Assembly: GCA_963795465.1 (NCBI GenBank)
Contig: CAWCHT010000002.1
Location: 405,178 to 469,177, forward strand
DNA length: 64,000 bases
Direction of reading: 5' to 3'
Source of the DNA: Vulcanimicrobiota bacterium
Lineage (GTDB): Bacteria > Vulcanimicrobiota > Vulcanimicrobiia > Vulcanimicrobiales > Vulcanimicrobiaceae
Every line of letters starts with the position of its first letter. Position 1 is the stretch's first letter. The position numbers and the translations under genes were made by a program. The notes below the pieces were generated by a model. It was given only the letters and a program-made list of their open reading frames with translations, was not told where the DNA came from and did no database searches. Of the stretch, positions 44,883-54,256 are shown piece after piece.

Positions 44883-45650
44883 TTAATCACTTGGCGGCAG
44901 CGCGTAATTCGGCGGAGGAACCACGGGGTTTCCCACCTCCAGCGTGATGCGCTGATGGGCGCGCAGCGGGATCGCCCCAAGGGTCCCGGCGTAGGGAACG
45001 CCGTTGACGAACGCGGTCACGTCGCCCTTGAACGGTCCAATCTGCGTGCGCGAAAGCGGCTGTCCCCAAATATCGAAAAACATGCCGAGCGTGTACGGAC
45101 CGCCGGCGGGAGCGCTCACGTCGCCGGCTTCGACGTGAATGATGCCGTCGGGACCGTGGGTGTGCAGCCAGTACAGGCAGCCGCCGTTGGCGCTCGGCGC
45201 GAAACCGATGTATTCCGGCACTTGTACTTGCGTTCCGTTGTAGATCAACGTCAAGTGCGAATGAATGTGCAGCACGCCCACTTCCATGTTTTCGCACGGA
45301 ATGCCGTCGACGGGTTGTCCCTGGCCGCCGGCTGCAGTATCGGAAAGCTTCATCTTGTGAACGTCGGGGATCGGAAAGCCCGTTGGTTTGCCGATCGGCT
45401 CCAGATCGCGCAGTTGAATCGGCTTTGAGGTCGACTTCGGTCCCGGTGTCGGCGTGGCCAAGTCGAATGCGGCCGCCCGGTCGTGCTTGTGTCGCGCGAT
45501 GCCGTTGGAAATGGCGAATCCTGCGAACACCAGCACGATGACGATGCCTAAGGCGATGTAGATTCCCCGCATCGGATCGCGCCGCTTCGGCGGCGGCGCA
45601 GCTCCGCTGCGGGCGCTTCTGCGCCGCTCGGCGCGGGAAGGCTCACTCAT
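44883..45650 (-). CDS. membrane-anchored hypothetical protein with conserved Cys/His motifs (paralog of 49793..50812)
   Basis: A TM anchor, then PC...LHIHSHL..YNG...GCLYWLHTHGPDGIIHVE...YTLGMFFDIWG. Confidence 0.65.
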   Translation of the reverse strand: MSEPSRAERRRSARSGAAPPPKRRDPMRGIYIALGIVIVLVFAGFAISNGIARHKHDRAAAFDLATPTPGPKSTSKPIQLRDLEPIGKPTGFPIPDVHKMKLSDTAAGGQGQPVDGIPCENMEVGVLHIHSHLTLIYNGTQVQVPEYIGFAPSANGGCLYWLHTHGPDGIIHVEAGDVSAPAGGPYTLGMFFDIWGQPLSRTQIGPFKGDVTAFVNGVPYAGTLGAIPLRAHQRITLEVGNPVVPPPNYALPPSD

Positions 45651-45657
45651 GGCGCGC

Positions 45658-46680
45658 TTAGTTGACTGCCGCGGGCGTTTGCCCTGCGAGTGATTGTGAA
45701 ACCGCTGCCGGATCGAGCCGCAACCGTGGGCGTAAATACTTGCGCACGTAATCGTCCACTGCATCCGCGAGCGGCGTAATGGGAGCATCGTAACCGGCCG
45801 CGCGCAAGCGATCGATGCGTGCGCGGGTGTAGTACTGATATTTGTTCTTCAGCGCCGGCGGCATGTCGATGAATTCGATTCGTTCGGGAACGTCCATCGC
45901 GGTAAAAATCGGCCGAACCAAATCGAGCCACGTATGCGCTGCACCCGATCCGATGTTGAAGATGCCGAATGCCGGGCGTTCGGCTAGAAAAAGGGTCATC
46001 GCTACCGCGTCTTTGACGTAGATGAAATCACGCCGTTGTTCCCCGTCGCGAAATTCCGGACGATGGCTCTTGAAAAGCCGGATGCTGCCCGCTTCGGTAA
46101 TTTGCCCGAACGCCTTGTCGACCAAGCTGCGCATCTCGCCTTTGTGCTGCTCGTTCGGACCGAAGACGTTAAAGTATTTAAGCCCCGTAATGCGGTCGAG
46201 CCAACCGCACTCGCGCGCGTAAAGGTCGAAGCGGTGTTTGGAATAGGCGTACGCATTCAACGGCCGCAGCGTATCGATATCGGTTTCATCCGAAAGATCC
46301 TGTTCCAGCGCACCATACGTAGCGGCCGACGAAGCGTAAAGGAACCGAGCATTCTGCCCGATGGCCCAGCGTGCAACGTGCTGCGTGTAGCGGTAGTTGT
46401 TGCGCATCAAGTATGCGGCGTCCGTTTCCAGCGTCGACGAGCACGCGCCAAGGTGCAGCACCGTTGCGACCGATCCGAATGTTTCGGGGCGTTCCAAGAT
46501 CTGCTCTTCGAATTCGTCCGCGTCGAGGTAGTCCCGGAAGCGCAGAGCAACCAGATTCTTCCATTTTTCGCTGGTGTCGAGGCGATCGACGACGATGATG
46601 TCGTCGACGCCGCGTTCATTCAATGCCCAGATGAGAGCGCTGCCGATGAAGCCCGCGCCTCCGGTAACGATCGTGCGCAT
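45658..46680 (-). CDS. hldD: ADP-L-glycero-D-manno-heptose 6-epimerase
   Basis: TGGAGFIGS, YASSAATYG, NAYAYSK (YxxxK), KYFNVFGPNEQHKG, with full-length similarity to RfaD. Confidence 0.9.
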   Translation of the reverse strand: MRTIVTGGAGFIGSALIWALNERGVDDIIVVDRLDTSEKWKNLVALRFRDYLDADEFEEQILERPETFGSVATVLHLGACSSTLETDAAYLMRNNYRYTQHVARWAIGQNARFLYASSAATYGALEQDLSDETDIDTLRPLNAYAYSKHRFDLYARECGWLDRITGLKYFNVFGPNEQHKGEMRSLVDKAFGQITEAGSIRLFKSHRPEFRDGEQRRDFIYVKDAVAMTLFLAERPAFGIFNIGSGAAHTWLDLVRPIFTAMDVPERIEFIDMPPALKNKYQYYTRARIDRLRAAGYDAPITPLADAVDDYVRKYLRPRLRLDPAAVSQSLAGQTPAAVN

Positions 46681-46688
46681 AGGGGCCG

Positions 46689-49088
46689 CTAAAACGGCGC
46701 CGTCAACCGGAACAAGACCGATCGTCCGGAAGCGATTTGCGTCGTATTAAACCCGTTGGCGATCTTGATCACGTATTGATGATTCAGCAAGTTCTGCACG
46801 TCCAGGCTGAAACCGACGGAACGATCGCCGTTTCGCCCCGCATCGCGTCCGATCGACGCGTTGAAGAGCAGATGCGTAGGCAGCCGGCCGTTGAACGCGA
46901 CGGGAGCGCCGTTGATGAATCCCTCGAAGCTCACCGGGTAACCGGTTCCATAATCGCTTTGCAGCGTGCTATAGAAGGCGTTGCTGCGACCCCAACGATG
47001 CGTAAATGCTGCGTTGACCGCGATGGTTTGATCGTGATCCTCGGGCGAGAGCTGCGAAATCGACTCTGCCGTCGTGCCGCCGGAGGTTCCGGGCGGGAAG
47101 AGGAACGTCGAACCGGAGATTCCAGCGGCCTGAGAACTGGCAACGGAACCGGAAAGGAACCAGGAATCGGCGCGGGAGGTGTTGCCTTCCAGGCGCAGTT
47201 CCACGCCTTCGGCGCGTCCGATCGAATTGTTGAATACGGCGAACAGCGGCGTATTGAGCAGGCTGCGTCGTGTCCAGCACGTTGCTGGCGTTGCGTTGCC
47301 AGGTGTTGACGTAACCGCGGAACGTCGGTGAAAACGTATGCGCAAGCCCCATTTCAAAGTACGAGTCGGTCTCAGGTTTTAAATTGTAAACCGGCGTCGT
47401 GGGACATCCCTGCAACACCACGCACGCTTGCCGCACGTCCTCCAATTGCGGCGCGGCGTAGAACCGGCCGTAATAGGCATGCACGACATTCTTCGCGTCG
47501 GGCGAGAAGTTCACTCCGATACGCGGACTAATCTGATTGCCTCCGACGTAGCCCGTGGAATGATCGTAGCGCAGGCCGTAATTCACCGAAAACCGGCTGG
47601 TCGGCGTCCATTTGTCTTGAGCGTAGATCCCGACTTGCGTGCCGGCCTGGTCTTGGCTGCTCGTCAGCGTCGTAAATGCAGTCGGGGGCGGCAGCGGATG
47701 GCTGGTAACCACCGTGTTACAGGTCGGATCGTAGCACGCAAACGTTTCGCTGGCCGTAAACGTCTCACGGCTCGCGTCGACGCCGACCTTCATCGCATGA
47801 TGCTTCGTTGCACGAAAGTCCGAAATGCGTATGCCGGTGTAGTCGGCTTTGCGGTCCTGACGCAATCCGATTTCGGACTGATAGTCCGAAAGCGTCGGAT
47901 CGACGGCATCGGGTCCGATGTTCGTCAATCCCAGCACGTCGTTGTGGAGATCGCCGTCGTATGCGATGCGAGTTGAGCGAACCCAAGGGATGATCTGGAA
48001 AATGCCGTTACCGTCCCTCGAAGTCTGCGTGAAGTTTAAGCTCGCCAGCCTATCGTATTCGCGCTGCACGTCGTCGGTACCGGGGACCGCGAACTGCGGA
48101 TCCAGCGGGTCGTTCGGGTTCGTATTTATCGGTATTTGAAATTGAGCGAGTTGATTGGAGAAGTCGACCGCGAGCGACTGGCGATCGTTGAACGAAGTGA
48201 TCGTGCGTAGAAATTGATCGGACTGCGAAAACTCATCGTGAACTGCGCGTAGGTGGGCGCATCCAGGCCGCGGTCGCTGCGCTGCGTATTCGCGTTGAAG
48301 AACACTTCCGTTTTGCCGATTCGCGCTTCATTGTCGAAACTGGCCAGCGCTTGCCCGTAACTTCCTCCGCCGGCGCTCACGTATCCCTGATACGGCATCT
48401 TCAGGTCGCTGGCGCGGTTGGTAAGAATGTTGATAACCGCGCCCGAGCGGCTGCCGCCGTATTCCGGGGGGATTGCGCCGGTAAATATCTCCAGCGAATC
48501 GATGTTTTTCGGATCGATGATCTCGGCGAAATTCGAGCTCGTTGCAAGCGGCAACGGCGCTCCGTCGATTTCATACGTAACGCCGTGGAATCCATGCGCA
48601 ACCGGCTCGTTGTATGAAAAGCGTACGATTCCCGGCATCGTTTCGATGAGCTGGTTCAAGCTGTTGTTCGTTGGAAGCGCTGAAATTTGGTTGCGCCCGA
48701 TGGCGTTCACCGATACCGGCGTTCCGGATGCCCCCGCATGCCCCGTAACGTTGAGCGCCGCGATGGTTTTCAGGTGTCCGAGAGTGAAATTCACGGTAAG
48801 CACTTGATCGGATGCCACCTCTACCGGTACCGCGCGATTTGCCACGCCGGGATACGATGCCGTGAGCGTGTACGTTCCGAACGGCACTTGCGAAAACACG
48901 TAACTTCCGGCGGAATCGCTGGTGCGATCGAGCGAGGTGCCCTCACCTTGAAGTTTGAGCGTGACGCCTGCGGTCGGTTTGTCATTGACAAGGACGGTGC
49001 CGCGCAGCAGTCCTTCGGTGGCGGCACCGGCGGGCAGTGCCGCAAAACAGACGAAAACGACGAACACCGCCGCGGTGATTTTGGACAT
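46689..49088 (-). pseudogene. TonB-dependent receptor with N-terminal carboxypeptidase-regulatory-like domain. It is split by two compensating frameshifts (about 48240 and about 47270).
   Basis: Signal peptide MSKITAAVFVVFVCFAALPAGA, then a CarboxypepD_reg-like beta sandwich, then the plug (NQLIETMPGIV...EIDGAP). The barrel continues in ORF 46969..48069 and then ORF 46689..47357, ending in ...LFRLTAPF. The first and last parts share one frame. Confidence 0.8.
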
Positions 49089-49125
49089 GGGAATCCTTCC
49101 TAAAACGAATGTGTGTAGAGCGGTT

Positions 49126-49723
49126 TTAGGAAAGGAGCGGCGGCGGCCGCGAAAACAGGCGACGCATGTGCGCGAACGCGGGCGCCGTCGACGGGAGAGC
49201 TGAAATGCGGCAAACGCGTTGCGCGACGAACGCCGAAGCGTGGGATGGCACCCCGCAAATAACCAATGCCGCGGCGCAAATCCATCGCGCAAGTATGAAC
49301 ACGCCCAATCGCAGAACGATGCAGGCTGCGAGCAGCGCCAGTGCGACGCCGAGGAGCGGAATGGTATGCGCGGGCTCGCGTCAGCTCCAGCAACGCGAAC
49401 CACGCTGCTGCGGCGATCATCAGGCCGGCCAAGCTCGGCGCGAGCGCGCGTAACCGCGCCGCCACCACCGTACCCTCCGCGGCTTGCTTCGAGCGCAGCG
49501 CCAGGACAAGAAGCAAAGCTGCCGCTCCCGCCGCCAGAGCCACGCTGTGCGCGGCACCGGCAACGGCGTGGCCGCTTCCGAACACCATCGCGTGCGCGAG
49601 GAGCGCGGTAGGAAGTCCCAGCATTGCGGTGCTCGCCAGGCGGCCCTTGAACCGCCAAGACGAGTGCCCGAGGGCCCTGCCGATCATCCCGTACATCATA
49701 GGGGCCGGACTTAGGCCGCGCAA
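49126..49723 (-). pseudogene. putative multi-TM membrane protein, possibly frameshifted near 49372
   Basis: The hydrophobic ORF 49100..49723 changes character after ...ALLELTRA. The TM-like sequence HTIPLLGVALALLAACIVLRLGVFILARWICAAALVICG continues in the frame of ORF 49126..49308. This case is weak. Confidence 0.3.
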
Positions 49724-49792
49724 CCATGCAACGCTGAGCGCAAAAAAAGAGGGGCGGCAAGCGCCGCCCCTCTTTGGCTTATCCTGGACCGG

Positions 49793-50812
49793 TTAGTACT
49801 CGGTGTAGAAATCGACGTTCGGCAACGAGCTGCCGGTGAGATTTCCCGTGCCGACCAAGACCCAGATGACCTCGTGCGAGTAAAGCGGAATCATCGAAAC
49901 TAGAGCCGGGTCGCAGGCGCTGCAGTATAGTGAATAAGTATTGGAATACGTGTATGCTTGGTGCCCCCGATAGACCGGCCCCGAAGTGTAGATCGTTACT
50001 GTTCCGTTGAGCGGTCCCCAGTTCGTAGAACTGGTCGGAATGCCCCACTCCGCTAAGAAATCACCGAGGCTATATTTGGTGCCCTTAATGCCTCCTGTGG
50101 GGGCCGTGTACGACTCGATGTGAATCATTCCACTAGCGTCATGCGTATGCATTTCATATATGCAGCCGTCCGAGGTCGTATTATAGTTCGTCCAATTCGG
50201 AATGCCTTTGTAAGTGTAATCGCCTGCCGGGTCCGAAAAGCCTAACCCGTCCGGCAGCGCGACTTCTTTGCCGTTGTAGTATATGCCGACAAATGCGTGC
50301 ATATGGACGCCCGGTCCCGTTGGCGCACCGGGATACATTCCGGTCAGACATGGCACATTGTCGGCGCCAATTGTTGTGTTAACCGGACCATGGCCACCGT
50401 TCGGGTAGTCGCCATCGTTTGGCTCCTCACCGATGCCGCCTGGGAACATCGTATCGTCACCGTTGATTTGGCCGTTCCCGGTTCCCACCGCGAGCTTGCG
50501 ATTCGGTGTCGACGACGGTATTGGCGTAGGCGTGGGAGTCGATGTGGGACGTACGGTCGGCGTCGGTGTGGGCTTTGGTGTAGGAGATGAAGTGGGATTA
50601 GAACTTGGCGATACGGTGGGGTGCGAGCTCGGCGACGCCGTCGGCCCTGTCGTGTGCCCTGGGCTCGGCGTCGGCGTAACCGGGGGCGGACCGCCCGGCG
50701 AATTGGTAGGCGCCGGAATGGTTGGTGCGCCGCCGCCCCCGCCGCCGCATCCGACGAGAAGGGCAACGCAAAAAACGACGGCGGCTGCTGAAGTGAGGCG
50801 GGCGAATACCAT
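49793..50812 (-). CDS. lipoprotein with Pro/Thr-rich linker and Cys/His-motif domain (paralog of 44883..45650)
   Basis: Lipobox LLVGC, about 90 aa of PT-rich linker, then PC...VHMHAFV..YNG...GCIYEMHTHDASGMIHIE...YSLGDFLAEWG. Confidence 0.7.
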   Translation of the reverse strand: MVFARLTSAAAVVFCVALLVGCGGGGGGAPTIPAPTNSPGGPPPVTPTPSPGHTTGPTASPSSHPTVSPSSNPTSSPTPKPTPTPTVRPTSTPTPTPIPSSTPNRKLAVGTGNGQINGDDTMFPGGIGEEPNDGDYPNGGHGPVNTTIGADNVPCLTGMYPGAPTGPGVHMHAFVGIYYNGKEVALPDGLGFSDPAGDYTYKGIPNWTNYNTTSDGCIYEMHTHDASGMIHIESYTAPTGGIKGTKYSLGDFLAEWGIPTSSTNWGPLNGTVTIYTSGPVYRGHQAYTYSNTYSLYCSACDPALVSMIPLYSHEVIWVLVGTGNLTGSSLPNVDFYTEY

Positions 50813-51048
50813 GAAGAACCCCCGGCGCGAGAGTGGCGTTTGCAGCCATCGTAGCGTGGCAAGGCTTCATGAACGAGGTGCCGCAGGCCGTGCCGGGGAG
50901 GGCCAAGAGCGGCCGCCTAGGGGGACCTTCGGCCCGCATCCCCGCCCGGGCAGCGGGTGGTTGAAGTCGGCAAAGCCCCCAAAGGGGTCGGCTTGAGCCC
51001 GCGTCTAATACCGCGACCCCGCCCTCGCACAGAATCTCGGAGAGAGCC

Positions 51049-51597
51049 ATGAGCGCCCGTTCCCCGGTAGAAAACAGCGATACCGTCAGCCTGGTGTGCG
51101 CACTTCTCGTGCATTATCCGGAGATTATGTCGATTCGCTGTACGACCTGCGAAGGTACCGTGCGGCTTTCATTCGCGGTCGGCCAGCGTATCGATCGCAA
51201 GACGCAGCAGCTCGTCCTGGAAGAGATCGACGCGCACGTGGGCGGGTTTTTGTCGCTGATGGGTGAGGGCGGCCGCGTGCACGTCGAGAGCGAAACCGAC
51301 CGCGCGATGAGCTTCGTTCACGTCACTCGCGACCTGGAGACGTTCACCAAAGAAGAACTCTCGATGCTCACCGGATGGTTCGCGGAGCGGTTCGGTGACG
51401 CGCTCGTGCGTAATCCCGTTCCCGACGAACACCCGGACGAAGATCCGGCGATGCAAGACGATCTGCTGGAGTGCGCCATCGAAGCGCTGCGCGATCCGGC
51501 GCAATCGAAGACCCTCGTCGGCTTTCGCGAAGAAAAGCGCGTGCTGGTGTACTTCTTGAAGTCGCGCAAAAAATCGAAAGCCTCTGCCCGTCGATAA
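51049..51597 (+). CDS. hypothetical protein
   Basis: 182 aa with no motif that I recognise. Its stop lies 1 nt before the inferred ymdB start. Confidence 0.5.
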   Translation: MSARSPVENSDTVSLVCALLVHYPEIMSIRCTTCEGTVRLSFAVGQRIDRKTQQLVLEEIDAHVGGFLSLMGEGGRVHVESETDRAMSFVHVTRDLETFTKEELSMLTGWFAERFGDALVRNPVPDEHPDEDPAMQDDLLECAIEALRDPAQSKTLVGFREEKRVLVYFLKSRKKSKASARR

Positions 51598-51598
51598 C

Positions 51599-52384
51599 CT
51601 GCGGCTGCTGCTAATCGGCAACGTCGTCGGCTCGCCGGGGCGTGAGGCGCTCAAACGCTGCGTCGGCTTGGCGCGCGATCAGCATGGCGTCCATCTGTGC
51701 ATCGCCAACGGCGAAAACGCGGCGGGCGGCTTTGGTTTAACCGCGCAGACCGCCGAAGAGATGTTCGGGGCGGGCGTCGACTTCATTACGAGCGGCAACC
51801 ACATCTTCGACAAGCGAGAGTTCAAGGGATATCTCGATTCTTCGGACCGCGTCATTCGGCCGGTGAACTATCCGCCCGCCGTTTCAGGCCGCGGCCTCGG
51901 CTTTATCGGCGCAGACGGCGTTACCGTCGGCATTTTGAACGTCATGGGACGAACGTTCATGCCGCCGGTGGACGACCCGTTCCGTGCAGTGGACAGCGCG
52001 CTCGCCGCAATCGCCGAACGAACGAACCTCGTCGTGGTGGACGTGCACGCGGAGGCAACGAGCGAAAAAGTTGCTCTAGGCAGGTATCTTGACGGCCGCG
52101 TTTCAGTAATCTACGGTACTCACACGCACGTACAAACGGCGGACGAGCAAATTTTGCCCGGCGGCAGCGCGTACCTGACGGATGTCGGCATGACCGGCCC
52201 GACGGACGGCGTCATCGGGATGGAGGCTGGGCCGGTGTTGGACCGGTTCACGACCGGCTTTTCCGACCGATTTTCGGTGCAAAAAACGGGAACCAAACAG
52301 TTTTGCGCGGCGGTTGTAGCGGTTGACCGGCAGACCGGGCACGCTACGGAAATCAAGCGCATCTTCCAGCGAGGCATACCATGA
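51599..52384 (+). CDS. ymdB: YmdB-like metallophosphoesterase (2',3'-cyclic-nucleotide phosphodiesterase family), inferred CTG start
   Basis: (L)RLLLIGNVVGSPGREAL...ANGENAAGGFGLT...GNHIFDK...THTHVQTADE. The conserved N-terminus lies upstream of the first canonical start (TTG at 51668). Confidence 0.82.
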   Translation: MRLLLIGNVVGSPGREALKRCVGLARDQHGVHLCIANGENAAGGFGLTAQTAEEMFGAGVDFITSGNHIFDKREFKGYLDSSDRVIRPVNYPPAVSGRGLGFIGADGVTVGILNVMGRTFMPPVDDPFRAVDSALAAIAERTNLVVVDVHAEATSEKVALGRYLDGRVSVIYGTHTHVQTADEQILPGGSAYLTDVGMTGPTDGVIGMEAGPVLDRFTTGFSDRFSVQKTGTKQFCAAVVAVDRQTGHATEIKRIFQRGIP

Positions 52385-52684
52385 TCCAGGATCCGACTCG
52401 GCACGTCGGCACCAGCATCCTAAAAGTGTCTGCCAAGAGCAATCCGAATTCGGTGGCGGGCGCGCTGGCTGCCGTGCTGCGCGAGCGCGAAACCGTGGAG
52501 ATGCAAGCCGTTGGGGCCGGCGCCATCAATCAAGCCGTCAAAGCTATCGCGATCGCGCGCAGACTATCTCAAAAGCAGCGCCGTGGATTTGGTCTGCATT
52601 CCTTCTTTTATAGAGGTAGAAATCGACGGCAACGAACGCACCGGCATTTCGCTGGCCATCGAACGCCGCGCGCCGGCGCTTTAG
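52381..52684 (+). pseudogene. spoVS: stage V sporulation protein S-like (SpoVS), frameshifted near 52560
   Basis: ILKVSAKSNPNSVAGALAAVLRERETVEMQAVGAGAINQAVKAIAIAR is followed in the +1 frame by DYLKSSAVDLVCIPSFIEVEIDGNERTGISLAIERRAPAL*. The span is 304 nt (3n+1). Confidence 0.85.
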
Positions 52685-52692
52685 CCCGGTTC

Positions 52693-53499
52693 GTGCTCGT
52701 CGACTTCCATTCACACACGTGGGAAAGCGACGGGTCTCTCTCGCCGCCGGCGCTCACCGCGATGATGCGCGAGCGCGGCGTCGGGATTTTTTCGATAACG
52801 GACCACGACACGCTGGCCGCCTATGACGATCGCGGTCTCTGCATGGACGGCGTGCGCATCGTTACGGGCATCGAAATCAACACGACGTTCGACGACGGCG
52901 AAGTACACGTGCTCGGGTACCGCCTACCGATTCAGCCCTCACCGCTGACCGCGGTACTGGAACGCAATCGAACAGCGCGGCGCGAGCGCGTCGGACGCAT
53001 CGTCGCGCAATTGAACGCCGCAGGCTATGCCGTCACGATGGACCACGTGCACGCCGAAGCCAAAGAAGGCGCGGCGTTGGGCCGGCCGCACGTGGGTAAA
53101 GCGCTGGTGCGCCTTGGAATCGCTTCAAACATTGAAGATGCCTTTCGCGCGTTTCTGCGCCGCGGACGTCCGGGATACGTTCCGTCCACGCACATCACGC
53201 CGCACGAAGCAATCGACGTAATCGTTGCGTCGGGCGGGGTCGCCGTGCTGGCGCACCCGGGACGCTTGCGCGACTACGCGATCATCGGGGAGCTGGCGGA
53301 ATGCGGGCTGCGCGGACTAGAGGTCTTCTATCCGACGCACGAGCCGATGCAAGTCCAATACTTCCGCGAAACGGCGCAGCGCCACGGTTTGGTCATGACC
53401 GCCGGCTCCGATTTTCACGATATTCGCTATCACAAGCGAGGCGTCGGCGCCGAAGTCGACGAGGCCGACATTCGCGCGTTTCTGGACTTGGTCGCGTAA
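52693..53499 (+). CDS. PHP domain phosphoesterase (TrpH/YciV-like)
   Basis: VLVDFHSHTWESDGSLSP...ITDHDT...LAHPGR...GSDFH. The GTG start is at 52693. It appears fused to spoVS in the ORF track only because of the spoVS frameshift. Confidence 0.82.
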   Translation: MLVDFHSHTWESDGSLSPPALTAMMRERGVGIFSITDHDTLAAYDDRGLCMDGVRIVTGIEINTTFDDGEVHVLGYRLPIQPSPLTAVLERNRTARRERVGRIVAQLNAAGYAVTMDHVHAEAKEGAALGRPHVGKALVRLGIASNIEDAFRAFLRRGRPGYVPSTHITPHEAIDVIVASGGVAVLAHPGRLRDYAIIGELAECGLRGLEVFYPTHEPMQVQYFRETAQRHGLVMTAGSDFHDIRYHKRGVGAEVDEADIRAFLDLVA

Positions 53500-54108
53500 T
53501 CAACGCGCCGCAAGCGCACCATCGACCGCTGCCCGTACCGTGGTCCGTATTGCCTGGCTTTCACGTTCATAACCGGTCAGCTCGGCAAACTGCGATGTTA
53601 CGAGCGGTTCGTTCTTCATGAATTTGTGGTTGATGCGGACGTTGTACGCGCATGCGGCTAGGCACGCGTACGAGAATTCGGCGGCGCAGCCGAGATCGCT
53701 TACGACATGCGCGTTCTTGAGCGAAAGGGCGTCCGCGCTCAAACGAAGCGCCTCGAGCGCAGCGGCCGCTCCGGCAAGCGGCGCCGCAGCTGCATCGGCA
53801 AGTGCGTTCTGCATGGCCGGCGCATCGCCGCGCGCGCGCACGACAGCTTCAAATGCCGCCTCATCTTGCTCGCGTAGGGCCAAAAAGCGTTCGCGCAGCG
53901 AGTCGGCACGCTCGATCAGCGCGAGCGCATGATCGTGAACCGACGCGTACTTCGGGCTTGCGGCGCAGATGCGGGCGACCATCGCGACCAAGGCGCACCC
54001 CAGCGCTCCACTGACCATCGCCGCGCTGCCGCCGCCCGGCGTTGAATCGGCCGATGCGAGTTTACTCAGATATGCCTGAAGGTCCACGGCGAGCGTCATT
54101 ACGGGCAC
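53500..54108 (-). CDS. cyclodeaminase/cyclohydrolase family protein (FtcD C-domain/FchA-like)
   Basis: [29 protein letters not shown]...NVRINH. Confidence 0.8.
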   Translation of the reverse strand: MPVMTLAVDLQAYLSKLASADSTPGGGSAAMVSGALGCALVAMVARICAASPKYASVHDHALALIERADSLRERFLALREQDEAAFEAVVRARGDAPAMQNALADAAAAPLAGAAAALEALRLSADALSLKNAHVVSDLGCAAEFSYACLAACAYNVRINHKFMKNEPLVTSQFAELTGYERESQAIRTTVRAAVDGALAAR

Positions 54109-54256
54109 GGCTGCGCAACTCTTGGCCCGACTGCAAAGAGGTAGCGGGGCCGCCCTGCCCTATGGCAGAATAGGCGGGCACTCACGAGGTGCGCGACGTC
54201 CCGCGCGCCGATTCCGCAGAAGAGGTCGTTCGTTGTCAGTACTTCAGGAAACCCCC

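Noticed and set aside
49089-49760. The N-terminal 224 aa of the 544-aa ORF 48126..49760, as part of the TonB-dependent receptor.
   Set aside because: The receptor has a canonical signal peptide starting at the ATG at 49088. The upstream extension is Arg/Gly/Ala-rich and overlaps a more plausible membrane-protein frame.
54109-54256. An SAH or SAM riboswitch upstream of ahcY-metK.
   Set aside because: I could not find the conserved SAH-riboswitch cores (GAGGAGCGCUGC / CAGGCUCGG / AACGGCGCUC) or the S-box elements. Only generic GC hairpins are present. It needs an Infernal scan to settle.
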